Positions 55,539 to 64,000 of a stretch of DNA of 64,000 nucleotides are shown one piece after another (position 1 is the first letter of the stretch; each line of letters starts with the position of its first letter). The translations under genes and the position numbers were made by a program. Under the pieces are notes generated by a model. It saw only the letters and a list, made by a program, of their open reading frames with translations, did no database searches and was not told where the DNA came from. Source of the DNA: a virus (lineage: Duplodnaviria; Caudoviricetes); the IMG/VR virus record IMGVR_UViG_3300028591_000110, positions 1-64,000 of that record; one strand, given 5' to 3'.

Positions 55539-58500
55539 TTGAATGTTAATTTGAGTGCGCTGCATGCGGCAGCGAACGGCGGGATTGAGCCGGCGTATCT
55601 GATTTTGAAGACCATGCACGGGAAAACAATCGGGCTGATTACGCAGCACATTGATTTGCAGCTTGAGCTCAAATTTATTGACGACTCAAAAATCTCATTC
55701 AAGATCCCTGCTTATGACGGAGAAGAGCCAACGGCGCTCTATGACGAGCTGATCTCCATGCGCAAGATTGAAGTTCCAACCATCGGAACCTTTGTTTTGG
55801 ACGAACCAAAGACGGAAGGGGATGGGCTGAAGGAGGTCAAGGAAATTACCGGATACTCCGAAGAGCGCGTGTTTGCGAACAGGGATATCTTGCTGGAGCA
55901 GGGGACGTATAGACTGTACTCCGCAGATGACCTTGCCTCCGAAACCCCGACAACGATCATGGGCATCGCGCATCGGCTGATGCCCAAATGGTCGATCTGG
56001 GTGGACGAGAGCCTGTATAACAAATACAGGACGTTTGACAATACGAAAACCGGGCTTCTGGGATGGCTGCGCGGGACTGCTGCAAAAGCGTATGGATGCC
56101 TGTTCAATTTTGATTCTGCAACCAAAACGCTTTATGTGCTGGACGCGAACAAGGAGTACAGGACGAATCCGATTTACCTGTCTTATGATAATCTTTTGAA
56201 AAAGGGAGTACGGACAGAGTACACGAAAGAGTTTCTGACGGTGTTGAATGTTTACGGCGCAGATCCCGTGAACATCCGCGAGGTAAACCCGATCGGCAGC
56301 AACAAGATCTACAATCTGGATTACTTTATCGAGATCGGAGACATCCCGGAAGATTTAAGCAATAAATGGAGAGCATGGCAGGCAGAGATTGTGCTTGCTC
56401 AAAACAACTATACTACAATGCAGCTTCTGCGCAATGCGGAGATGATGCGCAGGGAGACTCTGAATGCGTCAAAGCGCGATCTGGAAGGGGAAGCGACAGA
56501 CATTGAAAACCGGATCAGTGTTGTGACGCAGGAATTGGCGCTGACGGAGGACGAGGAAGACAAAGAAGAACTGCAGGATACGCTGGAAGGTCTTGTCGAT
56601 CAGAAAGCGGCAAAGCAGGGAGAGATCGACGACGTTCAGGATGAGATTGACGCTTCGCAGGACACGATCGACGAACACAATGCGGCGCTATCCGATATCG
56701 TTGCGGAGCTGTCTTACAACTCCTACTTCACGGCGGAAGAGCGGTCGATCCTTGACGATTACTTTATTGAGGGCGACTTCACCGACGAGACGTTTGCTGT
56801 GTTCGATGTGGATATTTCAGGCGAACAGGATTACTACGAGAAGGCGGAGACGTGCACGATCTCTGTAGAAACAGACGAGGACGAGCAGGTTGAAGAGCTG
56901 GATTTGTCTGAGGTAGATCCCGGCAACATCATCAACAAACGAGTCATCCGTGTGAGCGGCGGCGTTTTGACGGCTGAGATCGGCAACACCGAGATTGAGG
57001 CAAAGATCCTATCCGGCACGGTGGAGCGCGACAGCGACACCGGAAGAACGGTGTGTTCTTTCTACACCGGCGCAGGAAATCTCACAAAATCGAATAGCGT
57101 GACGACGTTTGTGAACGCAAACGTCAACTTTATCAGCTCCGATTCAACGCTGCAAAACGGCGACAATCCGCTGAGTAATGCTGTGCTTTCTGAATGCAGT
57201 GCATATTTCACGAAAAACAAGACGCAGTTTGAGTCTTACGCGGTGCAGCAGCAACTGTTTGATCACGCCGCAGAACAGCACCGCGCGATCGCGTATCCGA
57301 CGTGTGAGTTCGACATCGAATCCGGCAACGTCATTTACGCGGAAGAGTTTGAGCCGTTCAAGGATGTGCTTCGTCTTGGCGAAGGTGTGTATCTTGATTT
57401 TGGCGACGGCACGGTTTTGACGCCGCTGCTTTTGGAGATGCATTTCAGTTTTGACGACCCATCCAAATTCGACCTGATCTTTTCAAACAGCTATTCGCGT
57501 TCCGGCAGCGTGAAAACGATGAAGGATCTGCTTGCAGAAAGCCACGTCAGCGCGAGAACACTGGAAATGTCGAAGTATAACTACGGAGCGTTTACCAGAT
57601 CCGGTGCGGAGAGCGAAGTGTCGAAGCTGTTCACGCAGGGACTTGACGCGGCGACGAAACAAATTCTGGCCGGTGTGAACAACAGCGTCGTGATCGACGG
57701 CTCCGGCATTACGATCCGGAATCCAGATGATGAGACGGTCTATCTGAAAATGAACAACGGCATGTTTGCTTTCATGGATGGATCTGACACGGCGAAGCTG
57801 GCGATCGGTAAGTTTTATGATACGGGTATGGGTCAGGTGATGTACGGCATTGTGGCGCCGAATATTGTCGGCACGCTGCTGGCCGGCGAGAATCTGATTA
57901 TCCAAAGCCCGAAATTTGACGGTACAAATATGTATTTCTCTGTGGATGCAGACGGCGTTCGGTTGGCGAACGGTCAGTTTGATATCTACAAGATTTCCAG
58001 CCAAGAGGGCTTGAGTGTTTCTGAAAAGTCAATCTCCATTGATCCGAACCTCGGTATTCTCGGCGGCGATCTTGATAATGCGATTGCGTATGATCAGAAC
58101 GGTGCTGTTACGGGCGTGAAGATCATGAACGGCAATACGCTTATCGGAACTGTGACAAGTATTGCTGACGCAAAAGCAAATTACACCAATTCAATTCAGC
58201 ATTTGACTCCAAACTTCTGGCTTGATCTGAATGGCGATGCGTTTTTCCGTGGTACGATCTATGCGACGGACGGTTATTTCTCAGGTACGGTTCACGCAAC
58301 AGACGGCGAGTTTAGCGGAACTCTGAATGCCCCAACACTGACCGGAACAATGGTTGCCGGCAGCGGCGGTGTGATTCGCGGCGCTCGGATTGAGGTTGGC
58401 GGTGCGAATTACGATAAATTCGTCGTAACAAGCAGCGGTGATGTGTATCTTGACGGCAATATCCACATGACCGGTCAGATTGACTGGGGCGATAATACCG

Positions 58501-61229
58501 GGCCGGACAGCGGCGACGACAGCGAATTTGTTGACAGTGTTAATGCATATATGAGTGCCAATGATGCTGCGCTGCTGCTGATGCAAAGACAGCTTGACGG
58601 CCAGATTATGACGTACTTTGAAACATATGCCCCGACACTTGCAAATGAGCCGGCGTCAGCGTGGACAACCGATGCGCTGAAGGATGAGCACCTTGGCGAT
58701 ATGTTTTACAACAGCACAACCGGATATGCATATCGGTTTGTCAAAAACGGTGATACATATGAATGGGAGCGCATCGGCGATAACTCTGTCATTCAAGCGC
58801 TTGCGCTTGCTGCGAAAGCGCAGGATACGGCAGACAGGAAGCGGCGTAACTTTATTGTGCAGCCATACCCGCCGTATGATGTCGGAGATATCTGGATGAA
58901 CGGGACGAAAATCCTTGTCTGTGTTCACGCACAGACAATCAGCGGAGCATTCGATGAGGATGACTGGGAAGAGCGTGTTGCATATACCGACGATTCTGTG
59001 GCATTGGCAATTGCACAAGGCACATACACCGGCGGCGCGTTTATTGATGGTAAAATACTTCATATGCCTATTGTTTCAGGCGGAAGGCTGTATGGGGCAA
59101 TCAGCTTGCAAGTCGGCGCGAACAACAATAATTTTACAGCGGACAATATGCTGGAATACAATTACAATTTTGCTGTGTCGCAAAACGGAGCGCTTGGAAT
59201 CGGTTATAACGCTGGAGCTCAGAGCTCAAACTATCGTAACTTCTACGTTGATCCAACCGGCAATGTGTGGCTGATGGGCAATATCCACATGATTGGTGCT
59301 ATTGACTGGGGGAGCAACACAGCGCCGACAGGCGATGCTGATTACGACGCTCTTTCTTCAAGAGTGAGCAATCTTGATATTATGCTTCGGCAATACATCC
59401 AGTCAAACGGCGCTGAGGTTTCCGGGTTGAGAGACCGCATGGTTGAAACATATTATTTTAATTATGCTCCTACATTAAATAATATCCCAGCATCAGAGTG
59501 GACTGAAGATTACCAAAAGGCGGAACATGTAGGCGATTTGTTTTTTGACAAATCTACAGGTTATACATATCGTTTCAATGATGCCACGACTACGGTTAAT
59601 GGTGAAGAAGTTACGACTTATAGCTGGGATCGAATCGAAGACAGCGATATTACCGAGGCTTTAAGCGCAGCCTCTGAATTGGAGGCAGCCATCGACGGAC
59701 ACATCAGGCATTTTGTAACAACACAAGAACATCCTACTCCGTATCCGCCTTATGACGAAGGTGATCTCTGGACGGATGGCGTCACGATGTATACATGCAT
59801 TCGAGCGAGGACAAGTAATGAGTCATATAGCAGATCTGACTGGGCTAATGCAACTGCGCTGCAAAAAATAGTAGGCGGCGATTACGATGGGCATTCCTAT
59901 ATTGATGGCGTAATGCTTCAAATGCCTATTATCAGCGGTGGCGATATTTATGGTGCAGTCAGTCTTAATATCGGAGCAAGAGGGAATAATCAAGGCTACA
60001 ATTTCGTTGTCGATCAATATGGAAGTGTGACAACCGCTGGAGACGTTACGCTTGGCGGCAACATTACTCTGAGCGGCAACATTACTTGGGGAACCGGGAC
60101 GAGCCCGACGCAGGTCGTGTACGCAGAAACACAACTTTCAAAACCGATTGATGGGACAGCGTATAGTACAGATAATTTCCCGCTTACAAGCAGCTCGACA
60201 TGGCATAGGAGAATGTCTGCTTCTGATATGTATGCTTCTTATACATATGACGGAGGCACAACATGGACGATGGCAGTTAAGATCAAGGGAACCGATGGTG
60301 ATCCTGCAACGGTAACAAGGGATTCTATTGTTTCTGCACTTCGGAATGCAACAAGCGGGCTGCCTGACGGCATTTATCCATATTCGTATACTGATAGTGG
60401 TACAACCAAATACGCTATCGGCATCAACGCTACTTATATTAAAGCTGGTACTATTGATGCAAATGGTATTCGTTTTTATGGAACTAATACATTAAATAAT
60501 GTTACCGGCGGCGGTGGCTTCCATGTTGGCACTGGTCATGACGGCAACAGCACGACATATGGCGCGAAGATGTATGGTTATAACGCAGAAAATACGAACT
60601 ATATTATCGCAACCAATGCTGGTGTTAGAATGACGTCCGGTGGTGGAACTACAGAAATGTGGTGCATCAACGATCAAATTAGCATTGGATATTATAAGAG
60701 TGCAACAAACCATGGATCTGGACAGCATTATGGAAAAATCTATATTAAAAAGGACGCAAATAATAATGGTCAGGTAAATATAGAGTGTAATGATTTCAGC
60801 GTCGGTGCTGGCAGTGTTCATTTTAATCTTGGTGGCGGAGTCGTATACTATGGCGATACGCCGGTACATGGTTCTGACGCAAGTTTAAAATATGATATTC
60901 GATATGATTATGATAAGTATGAAGACTTCTTTATGAAGCTCAAGCCGTCTGTTTATAAGCTTTACACAGGGAACAGTGGAAGGGATCATACTGGGTTTAT
61001 TGCGAATGATATTCAGAATGCGTTATCAGAAACGAATATATCCACAAATGAATTTGCGGCATATGTCGAAGAGAAAATGTATGACGAAGAAGGCTTGTTT
61101 ACTGGAATAAAACGAGGGTTGCGGTATACAGAGTTTGTATCTCTGAACACCTATATGATCCAAAAACTATACGCTCGAATTGAAGAGCTTGAAAACAGGG
61201 TTGCACTTTTATCTGGAGGAAATGAATGA
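55539..61229 (+). CDS. Tail-associated (Tal/tail spike) protein with C-terminal peptidase S74 intramolecular chaperone
   Basis: Follows Dit. C-terminal SDASLKYDI...LKP..YK...HTGFIAND...LRYTEF plus coiled coil. Internal duplication. Confidence 0.8.
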   Translation: MNVNLSALHAAANGGIEPAYLILKTMHGKTIGLITQHIDLQLELKFIDDSKISFKIPAYDGEEPTALYDELISMRKIEVPTIGTFVLDEPKTEGDGLKEVKEITGYSEERVFANRDILLEQGTYRLYSADDLASETPTTIMGIAHRLMPKWSIWVDESLYNKYRTFDNTKTGLLGWLRGTAAKAYGCLFNFDSATKTLYVLDANKEYRTNPIYLSYDNLLKKGVRTEYTKEFLTVLNVYGADPVNIREVNPIGSNKIYNLDYFIEIGDIPEDLSNKWRAWQAEIVLAQNNYTTMQLLRNAEMMRRETLNASKRDLEGEATDIENRISVVTQELALTEDEEDKEELQDTLEGLVDQKAAKQGEIDDVQDEIDASQDTIDEHNAALSDIVAELSYNSYFTAEERSILDDYFIEGDFTDETFAVFDVDISGEQDYYEKAETCTISVETDEDEQVEELDLSEVDPGNIINKRVIRVSGGVLTAEIGNTEIEAKILSGTVERDSDTGRTVCSFYTGAGNLTKSNSVTTFVNANVNFISSDSTLQNGDNPLSNAVLSECSAYFTKNKTQFESYAVQQQLFDHAAEQHRAIAYPTCEFDIESGNVIYAEEFEPFKDVLRLGEGVYLDFGDGTVLTPLLLEMHFSFDDPSKFDLIFSNSYSRSGSVKTMKDLLAESHVSARTLEMSKYNYGAFTRSGAESEVSKLFTQGLDAATKQILAGVNNSVVIDGSGITIRNPDDETVYLKMNNGMFAFMDGSDTAKLAIGKFYDTGMGQVMYGIVAPNIVGTLLAGENLIIQSPKFDGTNMYFSVDADGVRLANGQFDIYKISSQEGLSVSEKSISIDPNLGILGGDLDNAIAYDQNGAVTGVKIMNGNTLIGTVTSIADAKANYTNSIQHLTPNFWLDLNGDAFFRGTIYATDGYFSGTVHATDGEFSGTLNAPTLTGTMVAGSGGVIRGARIEVGGANYDKFVVTSSGDVYLDGNIHMTGQIDWGDNTGPDSGDDSEFVDSVNAYMSANDAALLLMQRQLDGQIMTYFETYAPTLANEPASAWTTDALKDEHLGDMFYNSTTGYAYRFVKNGDTYEWERIGDNSVIQALALAAKAQDTADRKRRNFIVQPYPPYDVGDIWMNGTKILVCVHAQTISGAFDEDDWEERVAYTDDSVALAIAQGTYTGGAFIDGKILHMPIVSGGRLYGAISLQVGANNNNFTADNMLEYNYNFAVSQNGALGIGYNAGAQSSNYRNFYVDPTGNVWLMGNIHMIGAIDWGSNTAPTGDADYDALSSRVSNLDIMLRQYIQSNGAEVSGLRDRMVETYYFNYAPTLNNIPASEWTEDYQKAEHVGDLFFDKSTGYTYRFNDATTTVNGEEVTTYSWDRIEDSDITEALSAASELEAAIDGHIRHFVTTQEHPTPYPPYDEGDLWTDGVTMYTCIRARTSNESYSRSDWANATALQKIVGGDYDGHSYIDGVMLQMPIISGGDIYGAVSLNIGARGNNQGYNFVVDQYGSVTTAGDVTLGGNITLSGNITWGTGTSPTQVVYAETQLSKPIDGTAYSTDNFPLTSSSTWHRRMSASDMYASYTYDGGTTWTMAVKIKGTDGDPATVTRDSIVSALRNATSGLPDGIYPYSYTDSGTTKYAIGINATYIKAGTIDANGIRFYGTNTLNNVTGGGGFHVGTGHDGNSTTYGAKMYGYNAENTNYIIATNAGVRMTSGGGTTEMWCINDQISIGYYKSATNHGSGQHYGKIYIKKDANNNGQVNIECNDFSVGAGSVHFNLGGGVVYYGDTPVHGSDASLKYDIRYDYDKYEDFFMKLKPSVYKLYTGNSGRDHTGFIANDIQNALSETNISTNEFAAYVEEKMYDEEGLFTGIKRGLRYTEFVSLNTYMIQKLYARIEELENRVALLSGGNE

Positions 61230-61609
61230 AAGTATCTGTAAAAGATGTGTTGGCGGCGAGTGTCGCAATTCAGTTTATGGAAATCACCGGCACGGTTCCG
61301 TTCAAGACGGTGCGCGGTCTGAGCAAGATCAGAACGTCTTTGGCGGAAGAGGCGCAGATTGCGAACAAAGAGCAGGAGCGCCTGCTTGGTGAATATGAAG
61401 GCAAGGTGCTTGGGAACGGATCAATCTCATTCCCAAGCGCAGAGAAGAGAAAAGAGTTTGAAGCGGCCTGGATCGGCATCCTCAATTCAGAGGTGGAGTT
61501 CGATCAAGACCGCTTTGATCTATCAGCGCTGGTAGATCAAATTGTATTTCATAACGCGAACGTGGACGTGGATGCACTGTCCACGTTCTTTGATTTTGAT
61601 GGGGATTAA
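61226..61609 (+). CDS. Hypothetical protein
   Basis: GGAGG RBS, ATGA overlap. Confidence 0.7.
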   Translation: MKVSVKDVLAASVAIQFMEITGTVPFKTVRGLSKIRTSLAEEAQIANKEQERLLGEYEGKVLGNGSISFPSAEKRKEFEAAWIGILNSEVEFDQDRFDLSALVDQIVFHNANVDVDALSTFFDFDGD

Positions 61610-61626
61610 AAAAGAGAGGTGATCTT

Positions 61627-64000
61627 TTGATTCAGAGAATCAATGTTTCAGACCCTCCGAGACGGAAGATTAAAATCGGATACTACGAGGAGAACGAGTT
61701 CCGCAAGGTCGTGTTTGACGTATCCGATTGGAGGGAGGCGTACCCGAACGGCACGGCGTCTATCATCTTCAAGCGTGCTGACGGCGAGGTATATCCGATT
61801 GTGCCGAGAACTGACAGCGACGGCAATCCGGTATTTGTGCCGACGACCACGGAGACATGCAAGGTAGGCGACTGCGAGTTCCAGCTTCAGTGGAAGTCCG
61901 GAAGTGTGGTCGGCAAGACCTGCAATCTCCAAATGTGCGTGGAATCGGCGATTGGCGAATACGGAGACGTGCCGACGGATACAACCGACGACTGGATCGC
62001 ACAGATTGTTGCCGCGACGAGTGAGATTGTCGGACAGGCGCAGCAGGCGCAGAGAGCCGCTGAGACGGCTGCATCTCAGGCGCAGAGCGCAGCGCAGGCA
62101 GCTTCGCAGAGTGCTTCTTCGGCGAATGCAAGCGTCGGCAATCTCTCGGAGCTGCAGACGACGAACAAAGGCACTGTTGTCGCCGCCGTGAATGAAGTTC
62201 ACGGCGAGGCTGCTGCGGCACAGTCTGCCGCTGCTTCTGCAGCTTCGGACGCCAGCAGCGCAAACGCAGGAGTAAACACACTGAACGGCAAGGTTGGAGA
62301 TCTGAGCAATCTTACTACGGATGCGAAAAACAATCTTGTTGCTGCCGTCAATGAGGTGGATGCTCATGCGGACGCAGCACAGACTGCTGCGAATCAGGCG
62401 GCGTCTGCTGCTGCGCAAGCTGCAACGGCTGCAAGTCAGGCTGCTTCCAGCGCAGACGCGGCAAGCGGAAAAGTTGGAGATCTCAGCTCGCTGCAAACGC
62501 AATCAAAGAATAATGTAGTTGCGGCGTTGAATGAGGTGCTTCAGCGAATCGGAAGTTCGCTTAATCTTGATCTTCAAATGGATACAACAAACGGCAAACT
62601 GTATATCATGCAAGAAGGTGTTAAGGTTGGCCTAGGCGCGACAATTGCAGCAGAATCCGGTCTGTTGTTTGACAGCGGATTTGTTTCAAAGGTTGATGAC
62701 AATGGAATGCCTTCTGAGAATTATTACTTGCATCTCACTAAAGAGGGTGTAGAGCTGTCTTTGGACGATTTTGTTCCGTTTGTTGTACACGGAGACGGAG
62801 GCGGCGGTGGTGGTGGTCTCGTTTTTGACAGCGGCGCTTTTGAAAAAATTGACGAGGACGGCAACGCTTCCGACAGCTATTATCTGCATCTGAAGAGTGG
62901 GGACGAGGATATTACCGGCTTTACTCCAATTGAAGTACCGGCTGAGATGGGAAGCGGAGGCGGAGGCGCCGCAGCAGGCGGATCAACACTTATTCTGCGG
63001 TCAAGAATGGACTCCAAGACGTTTTCAATTATGGATGCGCAGACGGAGCTTCAGATGCTGTTTACATGGTCAAGCATTGACAACGCGACAGAAGAACCAA
63101 CCGGGGACGGCACTGCAAGCTGGTATGTCAACGGCACTCGCGTTGCAACAACGACCGTTGAGCAAGGTGACGGATCTTTTAACATCCGCCCATACCTTAC
63201 AACCGGACAGGCTAACTCTGTTAAGTTGTCAATTGAGGATAACTATGGCGTTGTCCGTCCATACACATGGAACGTCACGGTAACTGCTTATACCCTGACA
63301 TGGAATGCTCCTGCTTTGGAGAACCATGGTGAATCTTCAGACTATCAGCTTCGACTTGTAGCAAGCGGCGTTGGGAATAAGACGCTTGTTGTAAAGGTCG
63401 ATAACACGGAAGTGTCACGGCAGAATGTGGCTACAAGCGGCAGAACTACTACCGTTACAATTCCTGCAAATAATCTCGGACATGGAGCACACACTATTAC
63501 TGCATGGCTTGAGGTTACAATTGATGGTGATGTGATTTCAACGAATCCGCTTCGTCACGTCGGTATTTGGAAGAGATCTTCTTCCGTTACGCCGATTGTT
63601 GCAATTTACGACAGCGAGATTACGATGAAACAGCTTGCCACATACGGCATTAGATACATGGTATATGATCCTGCGTACTCTCCTGTTAATACAGAGCTTA
63701 TCGTAGACGGGGATACTGTGGCTAATGTAAGTGTTGGCCGTGACATTCAGACTTGGGCATACCGCGCAACTGAGGTCGGACAGAAAACGCTTTCAGTGAA
63801 ATGCGGTGTCACTACGGCTTCTGTCAGCGTGACGGTCGAGGATCTTGGATATGATATTGCCCCTGTAACGGATGGTCTTGTTGTTGACTTTGATCCTTCC
63901 GGACACAGCAATTCGGAGTCAAACAGAACCAGCTTTGGCTACAAGGATGCAAACGACACTGTGCATCCGCTCATTTATTCTGACGGAACAACGCAGAACC
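61627..64000 (+). CDS. Tail fibre/baseplate-upper-like protein, truncated by window edge (absent from ORF track)
   Basis: GAGAGGTG RBS, TTG 61627, open frame to 64000. BppU-like N-terminus and three (V)GDLS.L.T..K..VVAA.NEV repeats. Confidence 0.75.
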   Translation, partial: MIQRINVSDPPRRKIKIGYYEENEFRKVVFDVSDWREAYPNGTASIIFKRADGEVYPIVPRTDSDGNPVFVPTTTETCKVGDCEFQLQWKSGSVVGKTCNLQMCVESAIGEYGDVPTDTTDDWIAQIVAATSEIVGQAQQAQRAAETAASQAQSAAQAASQSASSANASVGNLSELQTTNKGTVVAAVNEVHGEAAAAQSAAASAASDASSANAGVNTLNGKVGDLSNLTTDAKNNLVAAVNEVDAHADAAQTAANQAASAAAQAATAASQAASSADAASGKVGDLSSLQTQSKNNVVAALNEVLQRIGSSLNLDLQMDTTNGKLYIMQEGVKVGLGATIAAESGLLFDSGFVSKVDDNGMPSENYYLHLTKEGVELSLDDFVPFVVHGDGGGGGGGLVFDSGAFEKIDEDGNASDSYYLHLKSGDEDITGFTPIEVPAEMGSGGGGAAAGGSTLILRSRMDSKTFSIMDAQTELQMLFTWSSIDNATEEPTGDGTASWYVNGTRVATTTVEQGDGSFNIRPYLTTGQANSVKLSIEDNYGVVRPYTWNVTVTAYTLTWNAPALENHGESSDYQLRLVASGVGNKTLVVKVDNTEVSRQNVATSGRTTTVTIPANNLGHGAHTITAWLEVTIDGDVISTNPLRHVGIWKRSSSVTPIVAIYDSEITMKQLATYGIRYMVYDPAYSPVNTELIVDGDTVANVSVGRDIQTWAYRATEVGQKTLSVKCGVTTASVSVTVEDLGYDIAPVTDGLVVDFDPSGHSNSESNRTSFGYKDANDTVHPLIYSDGTTQN

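Larger units (their letters stand above)
1..64000. mobile_element. Large SPbeta-like siphovirus/prophage genome segment
   Basis: The window has YonO-like RNAP, terminase-portal-scaffold-capsid-tail synteny, tape measure, Dit/Tal and a tRNA array. No host housekeeping genes are present. Confidence 0.93.

Noticed and set aside
55539-64000. Diversity-generating retroelement or invertase shufflon acting on tail genes
   Set aside because: No reverse transcriptase, adenine-specific TR/VR pair or inverted cassette ends were seen in this window.

Overview
About 64 kb of a large SPbeta-like tailed phage or prophage, most likely of a Bacillota/Clostridia host (inferred from gene families, sigma-A promoters and strong SD sequences). 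From left to right: (1) 1-7.9 kb, a leftward array of about 20 small genes packaged as promoter-gene-terminator units. Thirteen copies of one non-host promoter-like motif (GGTTAGCA-N14-YCTG-N3-4-TATAA) punctuate it, and a phage sigma-like gene sits at its head. (2) A repeat-rich strand-switch region and an intact tyrosine recombinase. (3) A rightward run of small accessory genes (cyclic-phosphate receiver, SLOG, macrodomain, phosphoesterase), a helicase-like gene, a YonO-like single-subunit RNA polymerase, a metallophosphoesterase and HU. (4) A 4.6 kb RNA cluster with 19 canonical tRNAs plus several non-canonical tRNA-like and structured RNAs. (5) Terminase, portal, capsid, tail, RuvC, ClpP, PhoH, tape measure, Dit, Tal and a tail fibre running off the end. 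The most striking unexplained signals are: six RNA elements with a covarying 7-bp closing stem plus RCAGCAA that wrap variable cargo, including tRNA pieces (Lys anticodon arm, Cys and Ile tRNA bodies); a group I intron (47857-49027) that splits the tape measure gene and carries an antisense, self-promoted non-endonuclease gene; U33-to-C changes specifically in tRNA-Lys(UUU) and tRNA-Glu(UUC); and the sigma-driven cassette array. All calls come from reading the sequence by eye; no searches were run.
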